A program made the position numbers and the translations under genes. From Candidatus Heimdallarchaeota archaeon B3_Heim (GTDB lineage Archaea > Asgardarchaeota > Heimdallarchaeia > Hodarchaeales > Hodarchaeaceae): a stretch of 32,000 bases of DNA. Below the pieces are notes generated by a model, which made no database searches, was not told the origin of the DNA, and saw only the letters and a list, made by a program, of their open reading frames with translations. Location: NCBI GenBank assembly GCA_003144275.1, contig NJBF01000001.1:60001-92000 (forward strand), read 5' to 3'. Position 1 is the first letter of the stretch, and the number at the start of each line of letters is the position of its first letter. Positions 1 to 8,722 of the stretch are shown here, piece after piece.

Positions 1-491
1 AATCGAATATATTTTATTAAACGAAATTTGATGTCTTTTAGCCAAAATATTCTGTAAAGCTAGTTGTCCCATCTAGCATATTTTCTTTGCTTCCCGATAC
101 TGGTTCAATCATTTTTTGCAACTATATATTTTCTAGCAATTTTTTTTGCCAAAAAATACATTCACAATGGAGTTAATAATTATGCCTATAATAGAATATT
201 TTAGGCATTCTTGAAATATATTAACAAATATTGAATGACTGATCTTTATTATATAACTGAAAGCTTCTAAGGCTTTGTTTCTAATATAGCTATAACATAT
301 TTTTTTAGGCATATATTCTCAGATTTTCTGGAGATTGAATTTAAACAGAAATTTTTTCAAAGATCTTTAGTTACTTAAGTCTCGATATGAATTTAGTCAC
401 CAACATTGGTTATTACACTTCTATAATTTTTTTCAAATTTTCACTGAAAAAAAGATCTAGTGCAGATGAGGCGTACGCCTTTTAATGTCTG

Positions 492-695
492 TTATATAAA
501 AAAAGATTCATCACCTATTCTCATCAATTTCTTATAACGTGAATCTTTCTTTATATTATTTAAGTCAGGATCATCCTTTGCTTCGTCTTTTACTTTATGA
601 TTTAATTCAATTGCCTTAGTTAGACAATCGATACTTTCCTCAATTTTCTTCTGCAATGCAGTGCAACATGCAAGATTATACCAACTCATATACAC
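492..695 (-). pseudogene. C-terminal fragment of a TPR protein
   Basis: WYNLACCTALQKKIEESIDCLTKAIELN followed by AKDDPDLNNIK is a typical last TPR plus cap; TPR-like residues (SLYDKAI) continue in frame upstream of the GTG with no earlier start codon. Confidence 0.6.
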
Positions 696-745
696 TACAT
701 CCTTAAAGATTGCTTTATCATATAGGGAAATTAATGAAGAATGAT

Positions 746-1459
746 CTACGTGATGTTTAAAAGTCTCTTTAAGTTTGTAATGTTCTTTTCATCCTTAATT
801 AAACGTGGTGGAATACTTCTTTGAATTGATCCAGAAATACCCAATAATGTCTCCATATCTGGTGAAACTGTATGATATATTCTACCTATCTTATTCAATT
901 TGGGTTTGCTGATAAGAACAGCTTCTTCTAGTAGTCGACTGTTCCCTTTTTTACCTATCACGATAATAAGATCTTTGGAATGATGGCTTCTCTTGATATG
1001 GGCATTATTAGAAAAAAGTTTGTGATGACTCTTAGCAACACTTCTATTTGTTTGACTAAAATCAATGACTTTATCAACTGTGAAATAACCAATTATATAC
1101 AGCGCTTCTTTGTACTTGTTGGTCTTGTAAGGTGTTAAACCTGCATAAAAAACGAGTAAATCATTCTCAATTAGATTCACTAAATAATTCCTTTTAGAAG
1201 TTGGATCACCATAAGTGAATGTTTCGAATTCTGGATCAAAATGGAATTTTCTAGATGCAACTTTTTTGGGAAGATAATCTGACAGAAATTTACCAGACCT
1301 TCCTATAGTGGTTATAAAAGTTCGATTTTCAGCTGATTCTTTTTTTTCAGAAATTGGAATGTATTCAAATGATCCATCATTAAAAATTGGGGCTAAAGCT
1401 CCATCAGTACCCTTGTCAATCCCGATTCTAAGGAGCATAGCCTTCACGGAGTAATCCAC
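746..1459 (-). CDS. Nucleotide modification-associated domain 3 (Nmad3)-like protein
   Basis: LLRIGIDKG..GALAPIFNDGSFEYIPISE, HFDPEFETFTYGD, DLLVFYAGL, LYIIGYFTV and NNAH match my recollection of the Nmad3 family; true start may be the ATG of MLLRIG (~1438). Confidence 0.75.
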   Translation of the reverse strand: MDYSVKAMLLRIGIDKGTDGALAPIFNDGSFEYIPISEKKESAENRTFITTIGRSGKFLSDYLPKKVASRKFHFDPEFETFTYGDPTSKRNYLVNLIENDLLVFYAGLTPYKTNKYKEALYIIGYFTVDKVIDFSQTNRSVAKSHHKLFSNNAHIKRSHHSKDLIIVIGKKGNSRLLEEAVLISKPKLNKIGRIYHTVSPDMETLLGISGSIQRSIPPRLIKDEKNITNLKRLLNIT

Positions 1460-2133
1460 CTTTTACAATCTTTCTTCTGAAAAACACAGGTGTTTCCTCG
1501 TAAAACCTTGCATGTCTTTCGTTTTTTTGGATTTTGCTTGTCAAGTCTTTTTATATTGCTTATGCATTCATCAATAATGTTTTCATGTCCCTTGAAATGA
1601 GTTAAAATCTTATCAGAAACAGAAGACGATATTTTCTTGTGACGGACGCGTTTATATGTATCTGTTACCATTTCCAGAGGTAGAGAATCTTCAAAAGAGA
1701 ACAAGTAAGTCTTTCCCTTCAAAGCATAATGAGAAGAACAGTTAATAAAATCTTCTTTCACTATATATCCGACAATGTACCTATTTTTGTAGTAATTCTT
1801 TAGATTTTTGTTCCTACACATTGTAAAAAGGAATAAGTACTTCTCATTGCTTCTTAAAAGTGGAAGAATGTTTTTATCCTGATAACAGGGATAAATATAG
1901 TTTTCAGCTCCAATCTCGATATGTGGTTCGGTTTTATGACCTTCTCCCTGTTCATTCAATACATCTCTAACAGGTAAATCCGAGGAAGGAGAATGATAGA
2001 AAAATTGGAGTCGTCCTTTTTCTTCAAGATTAGTTATCAAATTAAAGTCATCTTCAGGTTTCCTTTTCCTTAACGGTTTTGATCTTCCATTTGAACATTT
2101 TTTCTTGGTTTTAGTTCTGCAGGGCATTTTCAA
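1444..2133 (-). CDS. Hypothetical Cys-rich protein, probably distantly related to Nmad2/Nmad3
   Basis: 229-aa ORF abutting the Nmad3 gene; EPHIE and YLFLFT...RYIVGYIV parallel the Nmad3 motifs; C-terminal Cys cluster. Confidence 0.5.
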   Translation of the reverse strand: MKMPCRTKTKKKCSNGRSKPLRKRKPEDDFNLITNLEEKGRLQFFYHSPSSDLPVRDVLNEQGEGHKTEPHIEIGAENYIYPCYQDKNILPLLRSNEKYLFLFTMCRNKNLKNYYKNRYIVGYIVKEDFINCSSHYALKGKTYLFSFEDSLPLEMVTDTYKRVRHKKISSSVSDKILTHFKGHENIIDECISNIKRLDKQNPKKRKTCKVLRGNTCVFQKKDCKRWITP

Positions 2134-2175
2134 TCAGCATATATCGATATTTAATCTCTTTTTAATTAAGAATCT

Positions 2176-2481
2176 TCACAGATATACATTTAATACCCGT
2201 TTTTTCTTAATGTGATCATCTGGCAAATTTTTTAAGAGTGATTCAAGCAATTGGATTAGCGTATTAATAATTGAATCATCAATACTTGTTTTGTGGATAT
2301 AGTAAGAATCTAAAGAAGTGAAAACTGTAGAGAGCAATTTATTATATTCCCAAAGAGTATTTTTCATGTTCACAGGATAATTTTTCACATCATCAAATTT
2401 TGAACCCTTCCAAGATAATTGAGAAGGTTTTCCAGTAGTTACTGCAATTTTACAAAGCTTTTCTACTATTTCAGAATCCAA
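2176..2481 (-). CDS. Hypothetical protein, possibly a gene fragment
   Basis: 101-aa TTG-start ORF co-oriented within the cluster; no recognisable motif. Confidence 0.35.
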   Translation of the reverse strand: MDSEIVEKLCKIAVTTGKPSQLSWKGSKFDDVKNYPVNMKNTLWEYNKLLSTVFTSLDSYYIHKTSIDDSIINTLIQLLESLLKNLPDDHIKKKRVLNVYL

Positions 2482-2631
2482 ATCAAACCCCTTTTTCCCA
2501 TTAATGAAATTGATTATATTTCAGTTGTTAATGATTTAATTTATTTATCATTCTACTCTCTAGACCTGTAAAACTTGTTTCAATGCAGATAATTATTACA
2601 TCTCATTAATTTAAGAAGGATTATATCATTT

Positions 2632-3567
2632 TTATGGAGTTTTATATCTCAGAAAAAGAGGTCTCCATTTCCCTTTTACTTTATCATCTAGAATTCGGGG
2701 TGGCTTATCTCGCCATAAGAAATGAGGAACATTATTACTACATCTATCGGGGAAAACAACAATTGATTGAGAATTATTAAAACCAAGGGCACATTTTTTG
2801 TTTCCATATTTTTGGACAAATTCTTTTACATTCTTTAATTCCTCATCCTTAAAAAAAGATAATAATTTTGAATTATCGTCTAATTCCTTAAAAGAAATCA
2901 CATTAACAAAGTTCCTTTTAAAATTTGATTTTATATTCTTTATTCCTTGTTTATAACCATATAATGTAATAATATATATTTTCACCTTTAATCTATTTCC
3001 AATACCTCTTTTATTTATGAGGTCAGTCAGATAGGTTTTTATTTGATTACCTGATCCAATAGAATCTTCAATGAAAAAAATAGAATCATTCTCTTGAAGT
3101 TTAGTTTTCTCATCAAATTGTCTATAATCTAAATCACAATTCCCACTAATATAATTTAGAAGAAGATCTCCACTCTTGAGTTTTTCACCCTTTTTTATAA
3201 TTCCGAGTAGTGGTTTCTCGTTCTTTTTTTCCTTATTCATTATATTTTCTATCTGAATCACTGCATCTTGACAATAATCCCATATCTCCCTTCTATGTAA
3301 TATTATTAATCGTTCGATGACGTCTAAAGCAGTATCTTGTTCAGTAAATGGGAATAACTTGATAAAAAGCGAGAGTTGACCACGATAAACTCCTTGGTAT
3401 GCAGAAATTTCATAAATCCTATCTGCAATTTTATCTGTTTGATCTCGGTGTCGAAAATACTTTAATGCTCTTAACATTTCCTCAGAAGTGTTCTGTTGTT
3501 GTCGATGGGTTGGCAATAAACTCCCTCCTAGGATAACATTGATACTAACTTTTTCTTTGTAGGCCAT
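2632..3567 (-). CDS. Phosphoribosyltransferase-like protein (conflict-system PRTase-CE type)
   Basis: PRPP-binding-loop motif IFFIEDSIGSGNQ; C-terminal LGFNNSQSIVVF..CSNNVPHFLW and WRPLF.R are typical of this subgroup. Confidence 0.7.
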   Translation of the reverse strand: MAYKEKVSINVILGGSLLPTHRQQQNTSEEMLRALKYFRHRDQTDKIADRIYEISAYQGVYRGQLSLFIKLFPFTEQDTALDVIERLIILHRREIWDYCQDAVIQIENIMNKEKKNEKPLLGIIKKGEKLKSGDLLLNYISGNCDLDYRQFDEKTKLQENDSIFFIEDSIGSGNQIKTYLTDLINKRGIGNRLKVKIYIITLYGYKQGIKNIKSNFKRNFVNVISFKELDDNSKLLSFFKDEELKNVKEFVQKYGNKKCALGFNNSQSIVVFPDRCSNNVPHFLWRDKPPRILDDKVKGKWRPLFLRYKTP

Positions 3568-5126
3568 TCATCTAACATTTCTCTTGACTTATCTGTCAGA
3601 TTTACAAAAACTATTTTTCCTAATCCATCAGTCACAATTCCGTGATTTATTACTGTTTGTTTGTCAATAGGAATTAATTGTTCAATTATTTTATCCAAAT
3701 CAGAAATGTTAATCTTTATTTCAATAAAGAGTTTTCTCTCTTCATCTACATTGAGAATTATGTCATAACCCGATTTTTCTATAGATATTGAATCTTTTCC
3801 CCATCCTGAATTTTCTAAAGATTCTATCACTGACTCTCTAAGGATTTTCTCTGATTCTTGTTTGGAAATATTGAATATAATATTATCTTCTAGTTCAAGG
3901 ATTTTGTTGTAGTCGAGAGCTGTGGAACTTTCAATTTTCTGTAAGAAAAAAGGAGGGATTGGAATTAAAATTTCGCGAAGATCTGTTATGTTAATCTGTT
4001 TAACAAAACCTTTAGCAACACGTTCTAATTGTGGGAAAAATAATTTATCAGCCAAATTACTTACTAAATAACTATACAAATATCTCGATTCTACCTTTTT
4101 ACTTTTTATTACATAAAAACTGTTTGAAGCAAACGCTGGACAATCAACTTCATTTATTAAAACTATTTTCCTAAAATCAAATCCACGAGGTATTAGAATA
4201 TCTCCTGGAATAAGTTTTTGTTTTTCCAGATCTAAATGAAACCATTTTTTCTCTCTTTTTGTAAAATTAAGATCTACATAATCAGTGATATTATGAATTT
4301 TGTGATTATGAACATTCCTAGGTCTAACATAGCCGTATTTACCGTCAGTTAGTAAGTACTTCTTTGGACAGAATAAACCAAATTTGATATTCGCCATTTC
4401 GCCTAATTTTATGGTAGTATAAGTTGCTAGCTCCTCTTCTAGCCTATTATACGTTGGATGGTAATAACTTGGGTCAAAAATTTCATTTTTAATCCTTCTA
4501 GATGTAATAAAAATTCCAGGATCCTCAATCTTTTTATCGGATAAAATTGAATTTAATGAAATTTCTAACTCATTCAAGCTGGATACAATAGAGAATTGTG
4601 TTTTGTTTCCTTTATCTGATAGTATAATAATTGATAAATTGATAAAACTCTCCTTATGGAACTCGATTTTTGGATATGACACTATTCCGTTGACACAATA
4701 ATCGTTATTGATTTTTTGTCTTATTGGTTCTGTACTTTTTAACAGGAGTAGACTTTGAGGAACAATAAACAATAATTTACCTTTGAATTGATAATTTTTA
4801 ATTTTATCAAATGATTCTGCTAGTTGTTTTACTTCCTGTCTTGATATTCTACGAAACCAATATTCATGGGGATATGGATATATAATTATTATATCAAATT
4901 CTTCTCTAATACTTGAATATCTTTGAGTCGCTTTATCCTTCTGTCTTAAAAAATCACTAAGTCTGGGAAGTCTCTGAACTGGAATCCCATAAAGAAGTCC
5001 AATATTCATTTCCGCGTAATCAGAGATACTTGAAGTAATTCTTTCAGTAAAATCATCAAAAAATAGCTTTAATCTAGCAACTGCTTTTTCTAATTCCTTC
5101 ATTATATCCCCTTCAGATATTTCCAA
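3528..5126 (-). CDS. Restriction-modification-like fusion: degenerate N6-MTase C-terminal half + target recognition domain + HsdR_N-type PD-(D/E)xK domain
   Basis: FDIIIIYPYP, GKLLFIVPQSLL and IRQKI (MTase-like); FDPSYY, KLGEMA, PGDILI and YLYSYL (HsdS TRD-like); YDIIL..FIEIK..GIVTDG (HsdR_N-like). Confidence 0.65.
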   Translation of the reverse strand: MEISEGDIMKELEKAVARLKLFFDDFTERITSSISDYAEMNIGLLYGIPVQRLPRLSDFLRQKDKATQRYSSIREEFDIIIIYPYPHEYWFRRISRQEVKQLAESFDKIKNYQFKGKLLFIVPQSLLLLKSTEPIRQKINNDYCVNGIVSYPKIEFHKESFINLSIIILSDKGNKTQFSIVSSLNELEISLNSILSDKKIEDPGIFITSRRIKNEIFDPSYYHPTYNRLEEELATYTTIKLGEMANIKFGLFCPKKYLLTDGKYGYVRPRNVHNHKIHNITDYVDLNFTKREKKWFHLDLEKQKLIPGDILIPRGFDFRKIVLINEVDCPAFASNSFYVIKSKKVESRYLYSYLVSNLADKLFFPQLERVAKGFVKQINITDLREILIPIPPFFLQKIESSTALDYNKILELEDNIIFNISKQESEKILRESVIESLENSGWGKDSISIEKSGYDIILNVDEERKLFIEIKINISDLDKIIEQLIPIDKQTVINHGIVTDGLGKIVFVNLTDKSREMLDEWPTKKKLVSMLS

Positions 5127-5231
5127 TATTAATGCAATCTACTAAAAAAATTCTTCCTATAATAGACTATTCTAGATATTTTTTAATTATCAGAGAAAAA
5201 TGCAAAATACTGTATACGAGAGATTTATATT

Positions 5232-6011
5232 ATGAGCGAATCAAAAGGAAGAGACCAACATGATGATGAGCTGCAAAAGCTAAAAGATACATATATGCTT
5301 ATCAGTCTATTTTCGATTACAGTTGGTAATTTTGCCAAACTTGATTATTTTAGAATGTTTGAAGGTTTCGACAGGTTAGAACAACTTACAGACTCATTAC
5401 CGATCATTTCAATTCCTGATTCAATTCCTGAAGAACATAAAAGGCCATTGTTGATATATCGATTAAAGAAAAACCAACCAAAATTATCTGACCTCACAAC
5501 ACTAATCCGTTCTGCGGTTTCAATAACCGATTTAGGCCGTAAATTATGGTTGAATTCAACAAACAACTTAATTCAATCGTACCTCGATTATTTTGAGCTT
5601 GTCTTTGAGAATTTGGTGGAGCCAATTGTTAAACAGCTTGGCCCTGAAGTACCAAAATATCATTATAAACATAGTTATCAATTTCAAATTAATTGGGTTC
5701 AACAGTGGTTTAAGAAACATAACTTAGATCAGAGTTTGGGGTTATTTATTGAAAAGCTAAATGGATACTTACGTAATGCTTTTGTTCACAATATTTATTA
5801 CGTAACAAAAGAGAGTATAATTTATTTTGCCTACAATCCCAAGACTAAGGAACTTAAAGAGTGTGTATTATCACTCAAAGATTTTGGAAACGATATTGCT
5901 ATTATCATGTTATCTAAACTTGCTTTTTATGTAGTATGTGGATTGAGATTTTTAGAAGTAACCCCTGAGGAACTACGAGAAAACCTAAAGAGAAAGGAAG
6001 AAGAAAATTGA
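5232..6011 (+). CDS. Putative HEPN-domain protein (possible RNase toxin)
   Basis: Helical 259-aa protein with an Rx4H motif (LRNAFVH, 5769-5789) in its C-terminal third. Confidence 0.45.
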   Translation: MSESKGRDQHDDELQKLKDTYMLISLFSITVGNFAKLDYFRMFEGFDRLEQLTDSLPIISIPDSIPEEHKRPLLIYRLKKNQPKLSDLTTLIRSAVSITDLGRKLWLNSTNNLIQSYLDYFELVFENLVEPIVKQLGPEVPKYHYKHSYQFQINWVQQWFKKHNLDQSLGLFIEKLNGYLRNAFVHNIYYVTKESIIYFAYNPKTKELKECVLSLKDFGNDIAIIMLSKLAFYVVCGLRFLEVTPEELRENLKRKEEEN

Positions 6012-6150
6012 AATTCGAATTAAAAATGCTATCAAATCTTTTCAAAAATCAAAATTATCTATCTAGATCAGTATTATCACTGAATCGTATAACGCTGGTT
6101 AATTCGCATACATTGCATAATATCAAAAATAAATTCGATCTTAAAGACAT

Positions 6151-6704
6151 TTATTTTGCTAGCTTACGGTATAAAGGTTTAAGCGCATCCAAAGTTACCT
6201 TCCCAATAGCAATTAATTGTCTTAATGAGACTCTAAAATTTCCTACTATGAAAACGGAAGATGAGTTTAATGCTAACTCCGTTGGCCTTTTTGCATTCCC
6301 GACATGAACACCTCCTTTTACATGTGCTTCATACTTTATTATATCTTTAACCGTTAATATTTCACTTCTAATTTTCATTATTGGTGTGGATAAAAATTCA
6401 TCTATTTTAACGTCTTTAAAGACGTTAGGTGTTCGGGAAGAGGGAGGATACAAACCATCTGTACACTCCAAAAGTCAGGTTCAGGAAATCCTAGAATTTT
6501 GTAATTACGGATTCCTATTCTGAATGTGATATGTAATCTTAATCTTTTGTTTGTTTTATGTATTAAGGCTTCCAATAGGAAAAGTCTAAGAATTGCAGAT
6601 GTTTTTAGAATTTTGTAAGCATCTTTTGAGGAAATATAATTCTCTAAATCCTCATAGTTCCTTTTAAAAATATATTCTTCTTCAATAAGCCTTAATTTTC
6701 TCAC
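6151..6704 (-). pseudogene. Frameshifted hypothetical gene (two ORF-track pieces form one gene)
   Basis: Piece 1 ...PEPDFWSVQ joins piece 2 DGLYPP... if one base is restored near 6460; the joined product ends ...TVKDIIKYEAHVKGGVH... Confidence 0.55.
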
Positions 6705-6854
6705 TTTCCTTTCAATATCTTCTTAATTGTATGAACGATTCAGTATTATTCTTGACACGAACAGATTCTTATTAATCTCAGGGAAAGCTAAAGTTAGATT
6801 TAAAAGGACTCTTTTCGAGTTTATACTTGATGATATTCATGAGATGAAGACTAT

Positions 6855-7391
6855 ATGAAGATCACTGTTCCAGATAAGATTAAAATGACTAATATTCCAC
6901 TTATGGGGATCACAGAAGCGGATATTCTTAAGACGATCCAAACACCTGAATCCAAAGAACGATTCCTACATATGGGATTACAGTTAGAATTCCATTTGAA
7001 GAATATCAGAAAGGGTTATTTACTTGTAGTGACCAGAAATGAAGGTCAGGATATATCAGTAAGTGAGGTCTATCTCATTAAAAGAGTTTTTATACAGCAA
7101 CTTAATACTAAAAATCCGATACAAGTGTTAGAAAGCTTTATTGACAGATTTGGCCTTGAAATTCGTATCGACCGTGAAACTGACAAATTCTTTATAAAAA
7201 AAGCCGTTCCTTTGTCACCAAGTGTTGATCCTACCCGAGCAGTAACTATAATTAATCCAGGCAATCATGAATTTTGGCTTTGTCAATATATCCAAATAAA
7301 CCGAAGTGGTAACTACTTGGTACTTCAAGTAGCAATAGTTTATTGTATAGATATTACAAAATACAAACAATGGATTAGAGAAATGGGTTAA
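6855..7391 (+). CDS. Hypothetical protein
   Basis: 178-aa ATG ORF, co-oriented and 33 nt upstream of the DUF4365 gene. Confidence 0.55.
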   Translation: MKITVPDKIKMTNIPLMGITEADILKTIQTPESKERFLHMGLQLEFHLKNIRKGYLLVVTRNEGQDISVSEVYLIKRVFIQQLNTKNPIQVLESFIDRFGLEIRIDRETDKFFIKKAVPLSPSVDPTRAVTIINPGNHEFWLCQYIQINRSGNYLVLQVAIVYCIDITKYKQWIREMG

Positions 7392-7424
7392 ATTTGTTGG
7401 AAGATTTATGCAGGGAGTGATTCA

Positions 7425-8090
7425 ATGTTTACTGATAAAGATCGTACAGAACGTGAAGGCGTTAATTTTGTAGCCCAGATTGTTAATGAAATGGGTTCAA
7501 TATGGAGGGAAACAACACAAATAGATATTGGAATAGATGGTGAAATAGAATTAGTAGAAGGGAGAAAATCATCTGGATTTTATTATTTTATTCAAATTAA
7601 ATCAGGTGAAAGTTATTTTAAAAATAGGAGTGAAGTCGGCTTTTCCTTTTTCCCTCAAAAAAAGCACATAGAATACTGGAGAAAATTACCACTCCCTGTG
7701 TTAATTATTATTTATTCCCCAAAAAGAAAAAAGGCTTATTGGAATGTTTTTCAACGTTTTTCTTCTGATAAATCAATCCATTTCTCATGGAAGAGCGTTT
7801 TTAATAAAAACACTAAAGAAATTCTCATTAAAAATTATCAAAAAACTGACGCATGGCATAAATATCAAAAGAAGACTAATTTAATCTCCGATATGGAATT
7901 AACGGTATTTAATGCGAAAATATCTTGTATGCAGATTTTAAGTCAACTTCTCCCAGAACCAATACGAGATAAGAGACAGCCCAGCTCTGCTCAAGTAGAA
8001 TCATTCATTTATAGTTTTAATGAGATTTTTAATTTCAAAACGATTAATCTACGAATTATTACATCTGCAGACCTAAAATTTGATAAATAA
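7425..8090 (+). CDS. DUF4365-domain (PD-(D/E)xK-like) protein, probably prematurely terminated
   Basis: TEREGVNFV...WRE..QIDIGIDGEIE...IQIKSGESYF signature; the frame stays open after the TAA to 8432. Confidence 0.75.
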   Translation: MFTDKDRTEREGVNFVAQIVNEMGSIWRETTQIDIGIDGEIELVEGRKSSGFYYFIQIKSGESYFKNRSEVGFSFFPQKKHIEYWRKLPLPVLIIIYSPKRKKAYWNVFQRFSSDKSIHFSWKSVFNKNTKEILIKNYQKTDAWHKYQKKTNLISDMELTVFNAKISCMQILSQLLPEPIRDKRQPSSAQVESFIYSFNEIFNFKTINLRIITSADLKFDK

Positions 8091-8722
8091 TTCGAGTTTT
8101 CTAAGGGAGAAGGGCATACAACGGTTAATATACATGACATCCCGTTTATTCTAGAAAAAGGCAGGGTTTATGCTCTCCTGCATTGGTTTTCGTTTTACAG
8201 GATGCTATTATTCCTCTTTGGTCTCAAACCTGAAGTTGAAATAGAATATTATTCGGGATTGATGGATGGAAAGGAAATAAATATCTTATATGGACAAGTT
8301 GTATACAAAATAGAGATTGTTAAACCGAGTATTAAATTTAATAAACTTATTCCAACAGGGATACAAAGAGGGAAAGTTAAAATATCTGTTATTACTGATA
8401 ATTTTAAAATCGGTGCTTATGATAAAGCTTAGTTCAGTTTTTAATAAAAAATTTTATCACATATCAGTAATTGATAGCTCAGTGAAGAAACGCAAATTTA
8501 ACGACACTTTTCTAGGGTTACACTTTACGAAAGAGATGTTTATCGTTGGTTAATGAACACTTTTCCTTTTCTAGGCGCTAACTTAGATGAAGCGGACGGA
8601 TTCGCTGGTAATTCTGATTACATTAACTAATACCTCCCAAATGATTATCACTTTTGGTAGCATGGAAAAAAGATTATGTTCCGCTGTATATTAAAAAAAC
8701 ATAATTTCTGATATATGATATT

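Noticed and set aside
1-490. Possible ~59-codon minus-strand ORF and short inverted repeats (ATGCCTA...TAGGCAT)
   Set aside because: No recognisable motif; expected by chance in very AT-rich DNA
5345-7264. Shadow ORFs 5345-5566, 6008-6307 and 7070-7264
   Set aside because: Antisense to better-supported genes
8088-8090. Recoding (Sec/Pyl) at the DUF4365 internal stop
   Set aside because: The codon is TAA, not TGA or TAG, and core genes use TAA as a normal stop
8553-8630. Mini-ORF containing LDEADG (Walker B-like)
   Set aside because: Only 25 aa with no ATPase context; likely chance or debris of the broken DUF4365 gene
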